This document shows positions 9,644 to 19,584 of a stretch of 64,000 nt of DNA, piece by piece. The notes under the pieces are model-generated. The model did not search any database. It saw only the letters and a list, made by a program, of their open reading frames with translations, and was not told where the DNA came from. Every line of letters begins with the position of its first letter. Within the stretch, counting starts at the first letter, position 1. The DNA is from an uncultured delta proteobacterium (lineage in GTDB: Bacteria; Desulfobacterota; Binatia; DP-6), in the NCBI GenBank assembly GCA_963815115.1, contig CAWFFN010000009.1, forward strand, positions 1,760,001 to 1,824,000. The letters run 5' to 3'. Position numbers and translations under genes: made by a program.

Positions 9644-10354
9644 ATGGCCCTGGGCTCGGAGGCCCGGCTCGTGAGGCGGAGCGCGATCCTTGCGATTTCC
9701 ATCGCGCTGTTCGCCGGCTGCGGTCCTCCGCGGACGTGGGACGCGCATACGACGTCTTCGCTGATGACGGCCTCTCTGGATCCCACGACTCTGACGGGCG
9801 ACCGCGTGGCGACGTTCGGTGTCGTCGCCCCACCCGCTCTGCAAGGCCTGGCGCCGGCCCTGTCCCACGGGCTGGTCGCAGCGCTCGCGCAAGTTACGCC
9901 GCCTCTGGTCGTACAGCCAATTCCCGACACGCTGAACGCCCTCAACCAGCAGGGGTTGGCCGCGGAATACGCCGAGCTGCTCTCGGGTTTCGCCCGGAGT
10001 GGCGTGCTCGAGCGCAAGCGTCTGCAGTCACTCGGCTCGGCGCTTCGATCTCGGTACGTGCTGTTGCCTGGCCTGGCGGGATTCGACGAGGTCCTGGCCG
10101 ACAGTTTCGAGATCTCCGGTTTGAAGATCGTCCGGAGTCGGATCAGCACCCTTCGGTTGTGGCTCCAGCTTTGGGACACCCAAGCCGGCCGGCTGCTCTG
10201 GGAGTCGTCGGGGGAAGCCAGGGTGGCGAGCGAGCTCCTGCGACCCGACCGTACCGTTCCCTTCGACGAAACCGCGCAGAAGCTCTGGCTGCGCATGATC
10301 CGGGAAGGACTGCTCGGCGAGCAGACGAGAGTCCTGGGAAGGAGATTCCGGTAG
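9644..10354 (+). CDS. Hypothetical lipoprotein
   Basis: Lipobox FAGC; L.LWDT..G.LLWE C-terminal motif of CsgG/LpoB-like lipoproteins. Confidence 0.6.
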   Translation: MALGSEARLVRRSAILAISIALFAGCGPPRTWDAHTTSSLMTASLDPTTLTGDRVATFGVVAPPALQGLAPALSHGLVAALAQVTPPLVVQPIPDTLNALNQQGLAAEYAELLSGFARSGVLERKRLQSLGSALRSRYVLLPGLAGFDEVLADSFEISGLKIVRSRISTLRLWLQLWDTQAGRLLWESSGEARVASELLRPDRTVPFDETAQKLWLRMIREGLLGEQTRVLGRRFR

Positions 10355-10643
10355 CTATCCTACCGGCGGAGGTGACGAGGTGGCGCTTCTGTCACCGCCC
10401 CCGGACCTGCACCGACGAGAAGAACACCCCGTTACCGAAGGGCCGCGGGCTGGTAGGCGCGAACGGCGAATGTCGGTTCATGCGCCGCACCTTCTCACTT
10501 TCCGGCCTCAGGCCGCGGCGGCTTTGTAGTAGGCGAGGCTGCCGACCAGGCGGGTGACCGAGTCGGTTTCGTTGACGGAGCACAGGCCCGCCTCCCGCAT
10601 CAGCAGCGGAAGGCGCCGATCGCGCCTGACGGCCGGCGCGCCG

Positions 10644-11414
10644 CTACCCGTCGTCACAGCCGTCGACGGCGTACGTCACGAGCGGCTCGGGCACCCCCTT
10701 CACCTCGACGGCGGGCAGGGCGCGCAGGTGAAAGCGCCCGTCGAGCGCGCTGCCGACCGCCTGGGTCACCAGGATGTCGACGCCGTGCACCCGGGTGAGC
10801 CCCTCGACGCGAGACGCCAGGTTGACGGCCCGTCCCACCACGCCGTACTCGACCAGCTCCGCGGTGCCGATGACGCCCGCCACGACCGCGCCGCGGTGGA
10901 TGCCGATGCCGAGTACCAGGGGCGGGACGCCGTCGCGCGCGAGGGTCTGGTTGTAGTCCGCGAGCGCGCGCCGCATGGCGAGCGCGGCGCGCACGGCGTC
11001 GTGCGCCTGCCACGGGTCGTGCTCGAGCGCGCCGAAGAGCGCGAGGAGTCCGTCGCCGAGGAACTTGGCGAGGTGGCCGCGGTGTGCGGCGATGACCCGG
11101 CTCATGGCCTCGAAGTAGCCGTTCAGGACGGCGACCAGTCGCGCGGGCTCGAGGCGCTCGGTGAGCGCGGTGAACCCCTGGAGGTCGGCGAACAGCACGG
11201 TGACCTCCTTGGACTCCGAGCGGGTCGAGATGCCCCCTGCGATGATGTCCTCGACGACCTGTGCCGGAGCGAAGCGTGCGAACGCCTGCTGGAGCGCTTC
11301 CAGCTCGCGGGCGGCAGCTTCGAGCCGCTGGCGCGCTCCCGTGGCACGCCGCCGCGCCGCCACGGCCAGCCAGCCGAGTGCGGCCACGAGGCCCAGGAGC
11401 AGCCAGGTCAGCAC
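10644..11414 (-). CDS. Class III adenylate/guanylate cyclase with a single N-terminal TM helix and coiled coil
   Basis: GTG start overlaps the upstream stop; VLFADLQGFT, KFLGDG, GIGIHRG, VGRAVNLASRVE. Confidence 0.9.
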   Translation of the reverse strand: MLTWLLLGLVAALGWLAVAARRRATGARQRLEAAARELEALQQAFARFAPAQVVEDIIAGGISTRSESKEVTVLFADLQGFTALTERLEPARLVAVLNGYFEAMSRVIAAHRGHLAKFLGDGLLALFGALEHDPWQAHDAVRAALAMRRALADYNQTLARDGVPPLVLGIGIHRGAVVAGVIGTAELVEYGVVGRAVNLASRVEGLTRVHGVDILVTQAVGSALDGRFHLRALPAVEVKGVPEPLVTYAVDGCDDG

Positions 11415-12496
11415 TGTGCGAGGACGACGCTCGCGCGGCACAGTGCGTTGCCGGCCGCCGTCACCCCGACCACCTCGAGGAGCTGCTCGACGCTCAGCTC
11501 GAGACCGCCCGCGAGGGCGCGCATCCGCGCCTGGATCTCCGCCGGGCTGCACCGAACCGTCTCGCGCGCGAACGGCACCAGCTGGGTCTCGCGGGCATCG
11601 AGAGCGGGCGAGGAGAGATGGTCGAGCGCCTGCGCGACGTCGGTTGCGGCCATGCCGGTGGCACAGAGCGCACTGGCGGCCTCCTGCTCGCAGCGGGCGC
11701 ACTCGAGTGCCCGCGCGATCACTGCCAGCATGAGCAGCTTGGTGCGCCGCGGCAGCACCGGCGAGGCGAGCGCGGCGTCTATGGTGCGGCGGAGCACGCC
11801 GGCGGCGGGCGACGTGCCGAGCGCCGCCACCACGGGCGCGCCGAGTCCGTCGTTCGGCACGGGCGGGGGCTCCGGCGACTTCAGCCGTGGCTTGAACATG
11901 CGCGCCAGCACCGGGCGCAGCAGGCGCCCGGCGAGCTGGTAGCCGCTGCCCTCGATCGCCTCGGGCGGCAGGGCCACCAGCGTGGACACCCGGTTGGCGA
12001 ACACCGCGGACGCCGCGGCGAAGACGAGCTCGGCGATCGCCTCGCGCGAGCGCCCGGAGCGCTCGAGCGCGGCAAGCTGCGCCGCCCCGGGCCTCGGGCT
12101 GCCGCGCGACACCTTGCGCGCGAAGTCGAGCGCGAGCTGCGCAGACGGATCGGGATCGACGAGCTCGTCGCGCTCCAGCCGATCGATCGCGTCCAGCTCG
12201 AAGCCGAGGATGCGCATCAGGGCCCGCTGGGTGCCGTAGCAGAAGCGGCACGAGTTGTCGCGGCTCACCACCAGAGCGACCAGCGATGAGTCGCGGATCG
12301 GCAGGCTCGCGAACGGATCGGACGTCATGTCGCTCATCGCGCGCACCAGCCACGGCAACGGCGCGAAGCGCGCGGTCCACCCCGGAACGAACCCCTGGTG
12401 CGCCCGGCGCACGACGGTGAGGAGCTCGGGGGCCGGCGCCGAGAGCGGGACGAGGCACTCGCCCCAGGGCATCGTGCTGACGAAGTCTTCGCCCAT
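11408..12496 (-). CDS. AhpD/carboxymuconolactone-decarboxylase-like protein with two CxxC motifs
   Basis: LVALVVSRDNSCRFCY and LAVIARALECARCE, i.e. a duplicated AhpD-like core. Start MGEDF overlaps the vapC stop. Confidence 0.7.
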   Translation of the reverse strand: MGEDFVSTMPWGECLVPLSAPAPELLTVVRRAHQGFVPGWTARFAPLPWLVRAMSDMTSDPFASLPIRDSSLVALVVSRDNSCRFCYGTQRALMRILGFELDAIDRLERDELVDPDPSAQLALDFARKVSRGSPRPGAAQLAALERSGRSREAIAELVFAAASAVFANRVSTLVALPPEAIEGSGYQLAGRLLRPVLARMFKPRLKSPEPPPVPNDGLGAPVVAALGTSPAAGVLRRTIDAALASPVLPRRTKLLMLAVIARALECARCEQEAASALCATGMAATDVAQALDHLSSPALDARETQLVPFARETVRCSPAEIQARMRALAGGLELSVEQLLEVVGVTAAGNALCRASVVLAQC

Positions 12497-13032
12497 CACG
12501 GATGTCGCGCTGCGAGCCGGTTGCGGGCGGTGCGACGGCCGGCGGCCGCACGCGCCCGGCGGCGGGCGCCGTAGGCCGGCGGCGCTTCGTGCACCGCGTC
12601 TCCGAGGAGGGGATTGAAGACGGTGACGCTCGGGAAGCGCGTGAAGTCGCGATCGGCCGTCCACAGCTCCCGGACGCCGTGGAGCTGGCAGAGCGCGGCG
12701 ATGCGGGCGTCGTGGATGCGGGGCCCGACGACCCGCCCGATCCTCACCGTCGCCGAAAGCACCGGCCAGTAGTCTCCCGTCTCGGCTAGCACCACGAGGC
12801 TCGGCGACGAAAGCCACGCGTCGACCTGCCTCGACGCGTCGTCGAGTGTCGACGGTGGCAGGAACGTCCTCGGGTTCGTCACCACGGCGAGGAACTCGTG
12901 AATGCATGGCCAGGGAATGGCCCAGGTGCCCCGGCCCTCGCTCAGCACGGTCAGGCACCGATGGGCCGGCTCGTAGAACGGCGAATCGCGCCGGTGGGCG
13001 TAGACCAGGATGTTGGTGTCGACGGCGATCAT
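12496..13032 (-). CDS. vapC: VapC-family PIN-domain toxin with a basic C-terminal extension
   Basis: MIAVDTNILVYA, EF..V.T, HDARIAAL, LWTADRDF..F. Confidence 0.9.
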   Translation of the reverse strand: MIAVDTNILVYAHRRDSPFYEPAHRCLTVLSEGRGTWAIPWPCIHEFLAVVTNPRTFLPPSTLDDASRQVDAWLSSPSLVVLAETGDYWPVLSATVRIGRVVGPRIHDARIAALCQLHGVRELWTADRDFTRFPSVTVFNPLLGDAVHEAPPAYGARRRARAAAGRRTARNRLAARHP

Positions 13033-13301
13033 TTGTCGTCGTCCTCGTCACGCTGGTACTGGCTGTAGTCGTAGGCCAGCTCGCGGATGCGCTCCCAGCC
13101 GAGCGCCGCGGCCTCCGGGGTGAGCCCCCTGCCGCCCTTGAAGCTGCCGTCGCGCAGCTTGAACGGCTTGGCCGCGATCTTGGCGGAGAGCACCGCCCGC
13201 AGCCCCTCCTCGACGAGCGCCCGCAGCGTCGTCTGCTCGCGCTCGGCCAGGGCCTTGGCCTCCTCGAAGAGCGGATCGGCGATCTCGATGGTGGTCTTCA
13301 T
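13029..13301 (-). CDS. vapB: VapB-type RHH antitoxin (DUF2191-like)
   Basis: MKTTIEIADPLFEEAK...TLRALVEEGLR; stop overlaps the vapC start (ATGA). Confidence 0.85.
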   Translation of the reverse strand: MKTTIEIADPLFEEAKALAEREQTTLRALVEEGLRAVLSAKIAAKPFKLRDGSFKGGRGLTPEAAALGWERIRELAYDYSQYQRDEDDDK

Positions 13302-13315
13302 ATGGGTACCCATAT
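13300..13315. promoter_or_regulatory. Perfect 16-bp palindrome ATATGGGTACCCATAT at the vapB start; probable TA operator
   Basis: Palindrome seen directly and overlaps the antitoxin ATG. Operator role is inferred from RHH antitoxin autoregulation. Confidence 0.65.
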
Positions 13316-13338
13316 CAGGAGATACGGACCCCCACCAG

Positions 13339-14346
13339 TCACGCCGTCAGCAGCACCTTCCCCACGTTCCGCCGCTCCTGGATGTAGCGGTGCGCCGCCG
13401 CCGCCTCGGCCAGGGGGAAGGTCTTGCCGACGACCGGCGCGATGCGCCCCACCTCGGCGTCGGCGAGCAGAGTCAGCATCTCGCGCCGCAGCATGTCGAT
13501 GCGATCCCAGAGATGCCCCAGGTTGACGCCGATCACCGCCTTGTTGGCGTTCATCAGCTGGACGGGATGGAACCACGGAATCGCCAGCAGCTTGGGAATG
13601 GCCGCGAGACGGTTCGGCGTCATCCCGCTCGCGGCCGAGGAGAACCCGAAGCAGACGAGCCGCCCGAGGGGCGCCAGGCAGCGATAGCTCTTGCGAAAGG
13701 CGCCGGTCGCGTCGAGCACGACGTCCACGCCGCGGCCGCCCGTGATCCGCTTGACCGCCGCCTCGAAGTCCTCGGTGCGGTAGTCGATGGCGTGCGCCAC
13801 GCCGTGCTCGCGCAGCGCCGCGTGCTTGCTCGCCGACGCCGTGCCGATCACCTCCGCGCCCGCGGCGCGGCAGAGCTGGATCGCCGCCATCCCGACGCCG
13901 CCGGCCGCCGCGTGCACCAGCACGCGCTCGCCGGCCTGGACGTTGCCGAAATGGCGCAGCATGAGCACGGCGGTGAGGTAGTTCACCGGGATGGCGGCGC
14001 CCTGCTCGAACGACAGCGCGTCCGGCAGCGGGAAGACCTGGGCCGCCGGCACCGCCACCCGCTCCGCATAGCCGCCGAAGCGGGTGAGCGCGACGACGCG
14101 CCGCCCGGGCTCCGGACCGTCGCCGCCTCCGGTGCCCTCGACGACGCCCGCGACCTCGTAACCGACGACGCACGGAAACGGCGGCGCGTCCGGGTAGACC
14201 CCGAGCCGTGCCGAGACGTCCGCGAAGTTGACGCCCGACGCCCGCACCCGGATCAGCACCTCGCCCGCACGCGCGACGGGATCGGGTCCGTCCCGGACCT
14301 CGAGCACCTCTGGTGGCCCCGCCTTGGGAATCCAGACCGATCGCAT
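13339..14346 (-). CDS. Medium-chain dehydrogenase/reductase, VAT-1/quinone-oxidoreductase-like
   Basis: GVNFAD, VGYEVAG, PVNYLTA, LVHAAAGGVG, RRNVGKVLL. Confidence 0.9.
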   Translation of the reverse strand: MRSVWIPKAGPPEVLEVRDGPDPVARAGEVLIRVRASGVNFADVSARLGVYPDAPPFPCVVGYEVAGVVEGTGGGDGPEPGRRVVALTRFGGYAERVAVPAAQVFPLPDALSFEQGAAIPVNYLTAVLMLRHFGNVQAGERVLVHAAAGGVGMAAIQLCRAAGAEVIGTASASKHAALREHGVAHAIDYRTEDFEAAVKRITGGRGVDVVLDATGAFRKSYRCLAPLGRLVCFGFSSAASGMTPNRLAAIPKLLAIPWFHPVQLMNANKAVIGVNLGHLWDRIDMLRREMLTLLADAEVGRIAPVVGKTFPLAEAAAAHRYIQERRNVGKVLLTA

Positions 14347-14447
14347 GACGGCGACGGCAATCTCCCGCTGCCGCGAACGCGTTGCAACCGGGCACGGCGT
14401 CCCGCTACGCTGCCGCGAATGCCGACCCCTGCCGGGCAGCCGAGCCG

Positions 14448-15068
14448 ATGACCTGCCGCGCCGTGATCTTCGACCTCGGCGGCGTCGTCGTCGGCTCGCC
14501 GCTGCACGCCATCGCCGCCTACGAGCGCGAGCTGCGCCTGCCCGCGAACGCCGTCAACCGCGTCGTCGTGGCCGCCGGTGCGAAGGGTGCCTGGTCGCGG
14601 CTCGAGCGCGGCGAGCTCGGGCTGGAGGAGTTCTACCCGCTCTTCGAGGCCGACTGCGGGACCGCCGGCGTCGCCATCGACGCACGGGAGATGATGCGGC
14701 GAGTCGCCGAGATCACGGTACCGCGTCCCGCGATGCTGGCGGCGATCGCCCGGCTGCGCGCCGCCGGCCTGAAGGTGGCGGCGCTCACCAACAACTGGGT
14801 GACCGAGGAGGAAGGCACGGGGGCGCTGCGCTCGTTCTTCGACGTCTTCGTCGAGTCGGCCGCCGTCGGGCTGCGCAAGCCCGATCCGCGCATCTTCGAG
14901 CTCGTCTGCCAAGAGCTCGACGTGACCCCGGCGGAGACGGTCTTCCTCGACGACATCGGCATCAACCTGAAGGCCGCTCGTGCCCTCGGAATGGTCACCA
15001 TAAAGGTCGACGATCCCGACGTGGCGCTGGCCGAGCTCGAGCAGGCCGTCGACCTCGATCTCCGCTGA
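14448..15068 (+). CDS. HAD-family phosphatase (epoxide hydrolase N-terminal/ACAD10-like)
   Basis: VIFDLGGV, LTNN, GLRKPDPRIF, FLDD..INL. Confidence 0.9.
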   Translation: MTCRAVIFDLGGVVVGSPLHAIAAYERELRLPANAVNRVVVAAGAKGAWSRLERGELGLEEFYPLFEADCGTAGVAIDAREMMRRVAEITVPRPAMLAAIARLRAAGLKVAALTNNWVTEEEGTGALRSFFDVFVESAAVGLRKPDPRIFELVCQELDVTPAETVFLDDIGINLKAARALGMVTIKVDDPDVALAELEQAVDLDLR

Positions 15069-15071
15069 AGG

Positions 15072-15950
15072 TCACGGTCCGGCGCAGGTGACGAGGAAGA
15101 GCGGGCTGCCCGCACCCTCGCCGCCGAGGAGGTAGCCGCGACCGTCGGCGGTGTACGAGATGGCCTCCCCCTGCGGCTGCGACTGCTCCGGCACGGCGAC
15201 GGGCTCGACGTCGAGCACGTCCTCGAAGGAGCGGGCACCGGGGCTGCGCAGCTCCCAGGCGCGCGTGTAGGTGCGCAGCAGCAGGCGGGTGCCGCTCGGG
15301 TGCGCGTCGGCGCCCGTCGTGGTGGAGTCGAACTCCCGGGGCGCGCGCAGGGTCCGGATGCGCACCGCAGTGCCGCCCTCGCGGCTTCCCAGCCCGTCGA
15401 TGCGATAGACATCGCCGAGCGAGAACAGGGTCTTGGTGATCACGAAGACGCGCGCCGTGGCCGGGTCGACGGCCAGGGCCTCGGCGTCGTGCGGTCCGTC
15501 GGGGTAGCGGAAGGGCAGGATGGCCGGGACCAGCGGCGCGTCGTCGAGGCGCTCGGGCTCGGCGACCTTGAGCACCTGCACGCTCTGGCGGCGCGCTCCG
15601 TTGTCGCCGATGTCCCCGAGGTAGATGCAGGACAGCTCCGACCCCGCGGCGCAGGGGCCGACGGCGATGTCCTCCGGATCGCGCAGGTTGACGCCACGCA
15701 GCGCCACGGTGGTGACGATGGTGCCGTCGGCACGGAGAGCGTACAGGGCGGAGACGTTGCCCGAGTCGTTATGGGCCCAGAAGATGCCGGGATGCCGGCG
15801 GCTGGCAGCGAAGCCGGACAGCTCGCGGAGCACGGCGGGGACGCGCCCGGTCAGGCGTGCACGGGGATCGTACCGGGCGCAGGGCACGGGGCCCGTCGCC
15901 GGGGTGGAGGTCGCGAGCGCGAGGAGAAGACCGGGGAGCCAGCGCGGCAT
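15072..15950 (-). CDS. Secreted beta-propeller protein of unknown function
   Basis: Signal peptide; ELSG..ASR..PG.FW.HNDSG, D.EDIA, LGDIGDN, HDAEAL, QGEAI repeats. Confidence 0.7.
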   Translation of the reverse strand: MPRWLPGLLLALATSTPATGPVPCARYDPRARLTGRVPAVLRELSGFAASRRHPGIFWAHNDSGNVSALYALRADGTIVTTVALRGVNLRDPEDIAVGPCAAGSELSCIYLGDIGDNGARRQSVQVLKVAEPERLDDAPLVPAILPFRYPDGPHDAEALAVDPATARVFVITKTLFSLGDVYRIDGLGSREGGTAVRIRTLRAPREFDSTTTGADAHPSGTRLLLRTYTRAWELRSPGARSFEDVLDVEPVAVPEQSQPQGEAISYTADGRGYLLGGEGAGSPLFLVTCAGP

Positions 15951-16032
15951 GCGCGGCCGGATTCAAGCAGACGGCGGCCCGACCTGCGAGCAAGCCGATC
16001 GGATGGATGCGTGCGGGCTGCCTGCCCGGCGC

Positions 16033-17853
16033 TCAGTGATCGAGCAGCGCGAGCTTCTCGGCGGCCGCGAACTCCCGGCGGAGCGCGTCGAAATCCGCGG
16101 TCCCGAACGGCTCGAAGGTGGTGGCGCCTCGCCGCCGCCAGAAGATCGGCTCGTCGGGCAGACGGCGGCGGTCGAAGTGCACGCGCTTCAGGTTGCGCAC
16201 CAGGATCTTCTCCGTCTTCGTGTACTCGAACTCCGGCACGATCCGGATGAAGTCCGGCACCCACTTCCGGTCCATGCCGCCGTCGCGCACCTGGCGCTCG
16301 CAGAAGTCGAAGAAGGCCTGGGCATCGAAGCGCGCGTCCGGCCGCAGCTTGAGCGCGGCCATGACGAGCTCGTCCGAGACCGCGCACGGCACCCCGTAGG
16401 CGGCGGCGAGGACCACGCCGTCGTGCTCCCGGAGGAGCTGCGCGACCTGGAGGGCCGAGAAGTTCTCGCCGTCCTTGCGGATCCAGTCGTCGGTGCGGCC
16501 GTCGAAGAAGAGAAAGCGCGTGCCGTCGCGCTCGAGCACGTGGCCGAGGTCCCCCGAATGGTAGACGCCGTTGCGGTACTTGGCCACGTTGGCATCGGGG
16601 TTGTCGAAGTAGCCCTGGAAGAGTCCGGTGTCGGGCGCCACCCGGCAGATCTCGCCCACGGCCTCCGCGTAGTTGGTGATCTTGCCGTCGGCGCCGAGCT
16701 GCGCCGGCGGGCATTCCTGGTCGCGCTCGTTCAGGATCTGGACCGACGGGTCGCTGATCTCGCCGACCGAGCCGCGCGGGTCGCCCTTCTTGCGGAACGT
16801 GCTGATGGCGGCCTCGGTGGACCCGTACAGCTCGAACATGTCCTCGAGCCCGAGCCAGTCCATGAAGCGCTCGATGTCCGGAGCCGCCGCGCCGTTGCCG
16901 AGAGCCCAGCGCATCCGGTTGCGCGGGTTGCGGGTCACCTCGGCATGGATGCGCTCCACGTCGCCGCCGTACTCCCGCTCGATGGCACCGAGCACGTAGT
17001 GCACGGGCTCGCCGACGTAGTTCCAGAAGGTGACGCCATGGCGGAAGACGTCGGGCACGAAGCTCGACGCGCTGAAGCGCTCGCGCAGGGCGAGGCTGCC
17101 GCACACGTGCAGCGCGGGCTGGAAGCCGAGGAAGATCGCGTTGGAATGGAAGAGCGGCATGCAGGCGTAGCCGGTGTCGTCCATGCCGAGGCCGAGATTC
17201 GCCGACACCGCCATGCCGATGGCGAGGAGCTTGAAGTGGTTGTTGTTGATGCCCTTGGGCAGCCCCGTGGTCCCGGAGGTGTAGATCACCATGAGCGGCT
17301 TCATGGGGTCGACGTCGCCCGCCGGTGCGTCGAGCGAACGCTCGGCCGGTCCGACCTCGCTGCATAACGCTGCCTCGAGATCGGTGGCGTCGAAGTCCTC
17401 GCCCTGCGTTCGGACCACGAGGATGTTCTCCGGCGCCACGTGCTGCAGACGGGACCGGATGCGCTCGACCTCCGGCCACAGGCGCTGGTCGACGACCAGG
17501 ACCCGGGCCAGCGACTGGTCCAGCAGCCCGGCCAGGGTGTCGCCCCGCAACCCCGTGTTGACGCCGAACAGCGTGAGCCCGCCGTAGCCGCACGCGCCAT
17601 GGAGCGCGAGCAGCTCGAGATGGTTCTCGAGGAACATGGCGACGTGGCCCGGGCGCTCGTCGTCGATCCGTCCCAGCCGGCGCCCGAGCAGGTGCGCCAG
17701 CCGCACGCACTCGTCGCGGTAGCGCCGGAAGGTCCAGGTCCGGTCGTGCTGGCGCAGGAAGACGCGGCCGCCGACGTCGGGATGCGCGGCACGGGCTTCG
17801 ATCTGCGCGCCCAGGGTGAGCGGGGCGTCGAATGACGGGGATGGGACGGACAC
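16033..17853 (-). CDS. Acyl-CoA synthetase / AMP-binding enzyme
   Basis: IYTSGTTGLPKG, MPLFHSNA, YGSTE, YHSGDLG, GRTDDWIRKDGEN. Confidence 0.9.
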   Translation of the reverse strand: MSVPSPSFDAPLTLGAQIEARAAHPDVGGRVFLRQHDRTWTFRRYRDECVRLAHLLGRRLGRIDDERPGHVAMFLENHLELLALHGACGYGGLTLFGVNTGLRGDTLAGLLDQSLARVLVVDQRLWPEVERIRSRLQHVAPENILVVRTQGEDFDATDLEAALCSEVGPAERSLDAPAGDVDPMKPLMVIYTSGTTGLPKGINNNHFKLLAIGMAVSANLGLGMDDTGYACMPLFHSNAIFLGFQPALHVCGSLALRERFSASSFVPDVFRHGVTFWNYVGEPVHYVLGAIEREYGGDVERIHAEVTRNPRNRMRWALGNGAAAPDIERFMDWLGLEDMFELYGSTEAAISTFRKKGDPRGSVGEISDPSVQILNERDQECPPAQLGADGKITNYAEAVGEICRVAPDTGLFQGYFDNPDANVAKYRNGVYHSGDLGHVLERDGTRFLFFDGRTDDWIRKDGENFSALQVAQLLREHDGVVLAAAYGVPCAVSDELVMAALKLRPDARFDAQAFFDFCERQVRDGGMDRKWVPDFIRIVPEFEYTKTEKILVRNLKRVHFDRRRLPDEPIFWRRRGATTFEPFGTADFDALRREFAAAEKLALLDH

Positions 17854-17968
17854 CGGAAACCTCCTCGGGTCGTTCGGCCGGGACCTTCTATAGTCGAGGA
17901 TGCGGCCGCGCGGAAAGGTGTCCGCGGTGAGCGTCCGGCCGCCGGGCCATGACGCAGCCCGCCATGGT

Positions 17969-18253
17969 CTAGCCCTCGAGCTCGCCCGGGCGGGCGATAC
18001 CGTGCTCGATCACCAGCCGCTCCAGCCCTGCCAGCCAGCAGTCGTAGTACGACGCCTCGGGATGCGCGGCGATCTCGGCGATCAGCCGCCGCTGGAACTC
18101 CACCCACGGGACGCCCAGACGCTCGACCACCGCGAGCGCCATGCCGAAGACGCGTCCCTGCCAGGGCGCTTCGAAGACCAGCTCGCCGTTCCGGCGCGGC
18201 AGGGCGGCCGGCCCGCTCATGCCGGTCACCTCGGCACCGGGACGGATCGTCAC
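17969..18253 (-). CDS. Nitrile hydratase accessory (activator, P14K/NhhG-like) protein
   Basis: [21 protein letters not shown]...W.EF...LI..I...YY..WL..LE.L; GTG start overlaps the alpha stop. Confidence 0.85.
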   Translation of the reverse strand: MTIRPGAEVTGMSGPAALPRRNGELVFEAPWQGRVFGMALAVVERLGVPWVEFQRRLIAEIAAHPEASYYDCWLAGLERLVIEHGIARPGELEG

Positions 18254-18852
18254 GGCCGTGCCGTCCCGATCATCGCGTCGCGGCTCACGAGGGCGGCCAG
18301 CCCGGCCTCGTCGAGCCCCTCGCTGCCGTCCGGCCGCTCCGGCAGCACCAGGTAGCGAGTCTCCGCGCTCGAATCCCAGACCCGGATCTCCACGTGCTCG
18401 GGCAGGTCGAGTCCCATCTCGCGGAGCAGGACGCGCGGCTCGCGCACCATGCGGGAGCGGTAGGGGGCGCTCTTGTACCAGGTGGGCGGCAGGCCGAGGA
18501 CCGGCCACGGGTAGCACGAGCACAGGGTGCACACGACGACGTTGTGGACCGCCGGGCCGTTCTCGACGACGACGAGATGCTCGCCCTCCGGACCGCCGAA
18601 TCCGAGCTCCGCGATCGCCGCCGTGCCGTCGGCGAGCAGGCGCGCGCGGTACGCCGGGTCGACCCAGGCCCGCGCCACGACCCGGGCGCCGTTCATCGGG
18701 CCGATGTCGTTCTCGTACGCGGCGACCACCGCGTCGAGGAAGCCGGGCTGGAGGATCCCCTTCTCGATGAGCAGCTCCTCCAGCGCCCGGGCGCGCAGCT
18801 CGACCGGCGCGAGCGGAGCGGGATGGTGGTGATCGTCGTCCTGCACGCTCAT
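18250..18852 (-). CDS. nthA: Nitrile hydratase alpha subunit, cobalt type
   Basis: [26 protein letters not shown]; [12 protein letters not shown]; ATG at 18852 overlaps the TGA of the beta C-terminal frame. Thr/Tyr in CTLCSCY is the Co-type signature. Confidence 0.95.
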   Translation of the reverse strand: MSVQDDDHHHPAPLAPVELRARALEELLIEKGILQPGFLDAVVAAYENDIGPMNGARVVARAWVDPAYRARLLADGTAAIAELGFGGPEGEHLVVVENGPAVHNVVVCTLCSCYPWPVLGLPPTWYKSAPYRSRMVREPRVLLREMGLDLPEHVEIRVWDSSAETRYLVLPERPDGSEGLDEAGLAALVSRDAMIGTARP

Positions 18853-19470
18853 GCAGGCTCCAGCCAGCGCTCCCAGAGGTCGACGTGCACGGTCTCGCGC
18901 GCGCCGCCCGCGCGGCCCCACAGCTCCCGCGCCGTGAAGCGGACGCCGTACGCCGGCTCGCTCGCCGGGCCGGCCGGCGTGGGCCGCGACGTCGGGCACC
19001 GGGAACGAGCCGTCGAGCCGCACCACGACGCCTCGCTTGCCGCGGACGTAGCGCGGGCAGCGCGTGTGTCCGAGGGGATGCGCGTCGACGACCCGGACGG
19101 CGGAGCCGACCGCGAAGCGCGGTGCGGTAGCCGACGTCACGGGGTCGGGCGGAGGGAGCGGGGGAACCGGGCGCGAGAGCGGGAAGCATCCGCCGGCGCG
19201 CGTCTCGAGCTCTTCGGCGGTGACCGCGCCGTCCTCCACGAGCAGCGTCGCGAGCCCCGTCAGCCAGTGCTCGTAGTACGGCGAGGCGAGATAGTGCGCC
19301 GGGTCCATGCGCTCGATGGCATGGCGAAACCTGTGCACGTTGTGGACGCCGCGTCCGATCGCCATGCGGAAGACGGTGCGCTCCCACGCCGCGTGGAAGA
19401 CCGGCTCGGCCGCCTCGACCTCCACGGGGCCGAAGCCGTCCATGCCGCCCATGTCGTGGATGCCGTTCAT
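18849..19470 (-). pseudogene. nthB: Nitrile hydratase beta subunit with a frameshift near 18960-18975 (real mutation or sequence error)
   Basis: [31 protein letters not shown] lie in one frame; the conserved C-terminus [15 protein letters not shown]...[13 protein letters not shown] lies in another. Span is 622 nt (3n+1). Confidence 0.85.
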
Positions 19471-19584
19471 GATCCCGCCGACCGATAGCACGGCGGCGCG
19501 CTCGCGTCATCGCGCGCGCGGACGGCGCTCGCGCGCTCCGCAGGGGTTGATCCGGGACCCGGAGCCGGGAGAGAACGTGGCCCC

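Noticed and set aside
10392-10583. Small minus-strand ORF between the lipoprotein and cyclase genes
   Set aside because: No recognisable motif; cannot be supported.
16033-19470. Aldoxime-nitrile pathway cluster (NHase plus acyl-CoA synthetase)
   Set aside because: No amidase, aldoxime dehydratase or cobalt transporter is in the window, and the synthetase looks like a long-chain/steroid type; adjacency alone is insufficient.
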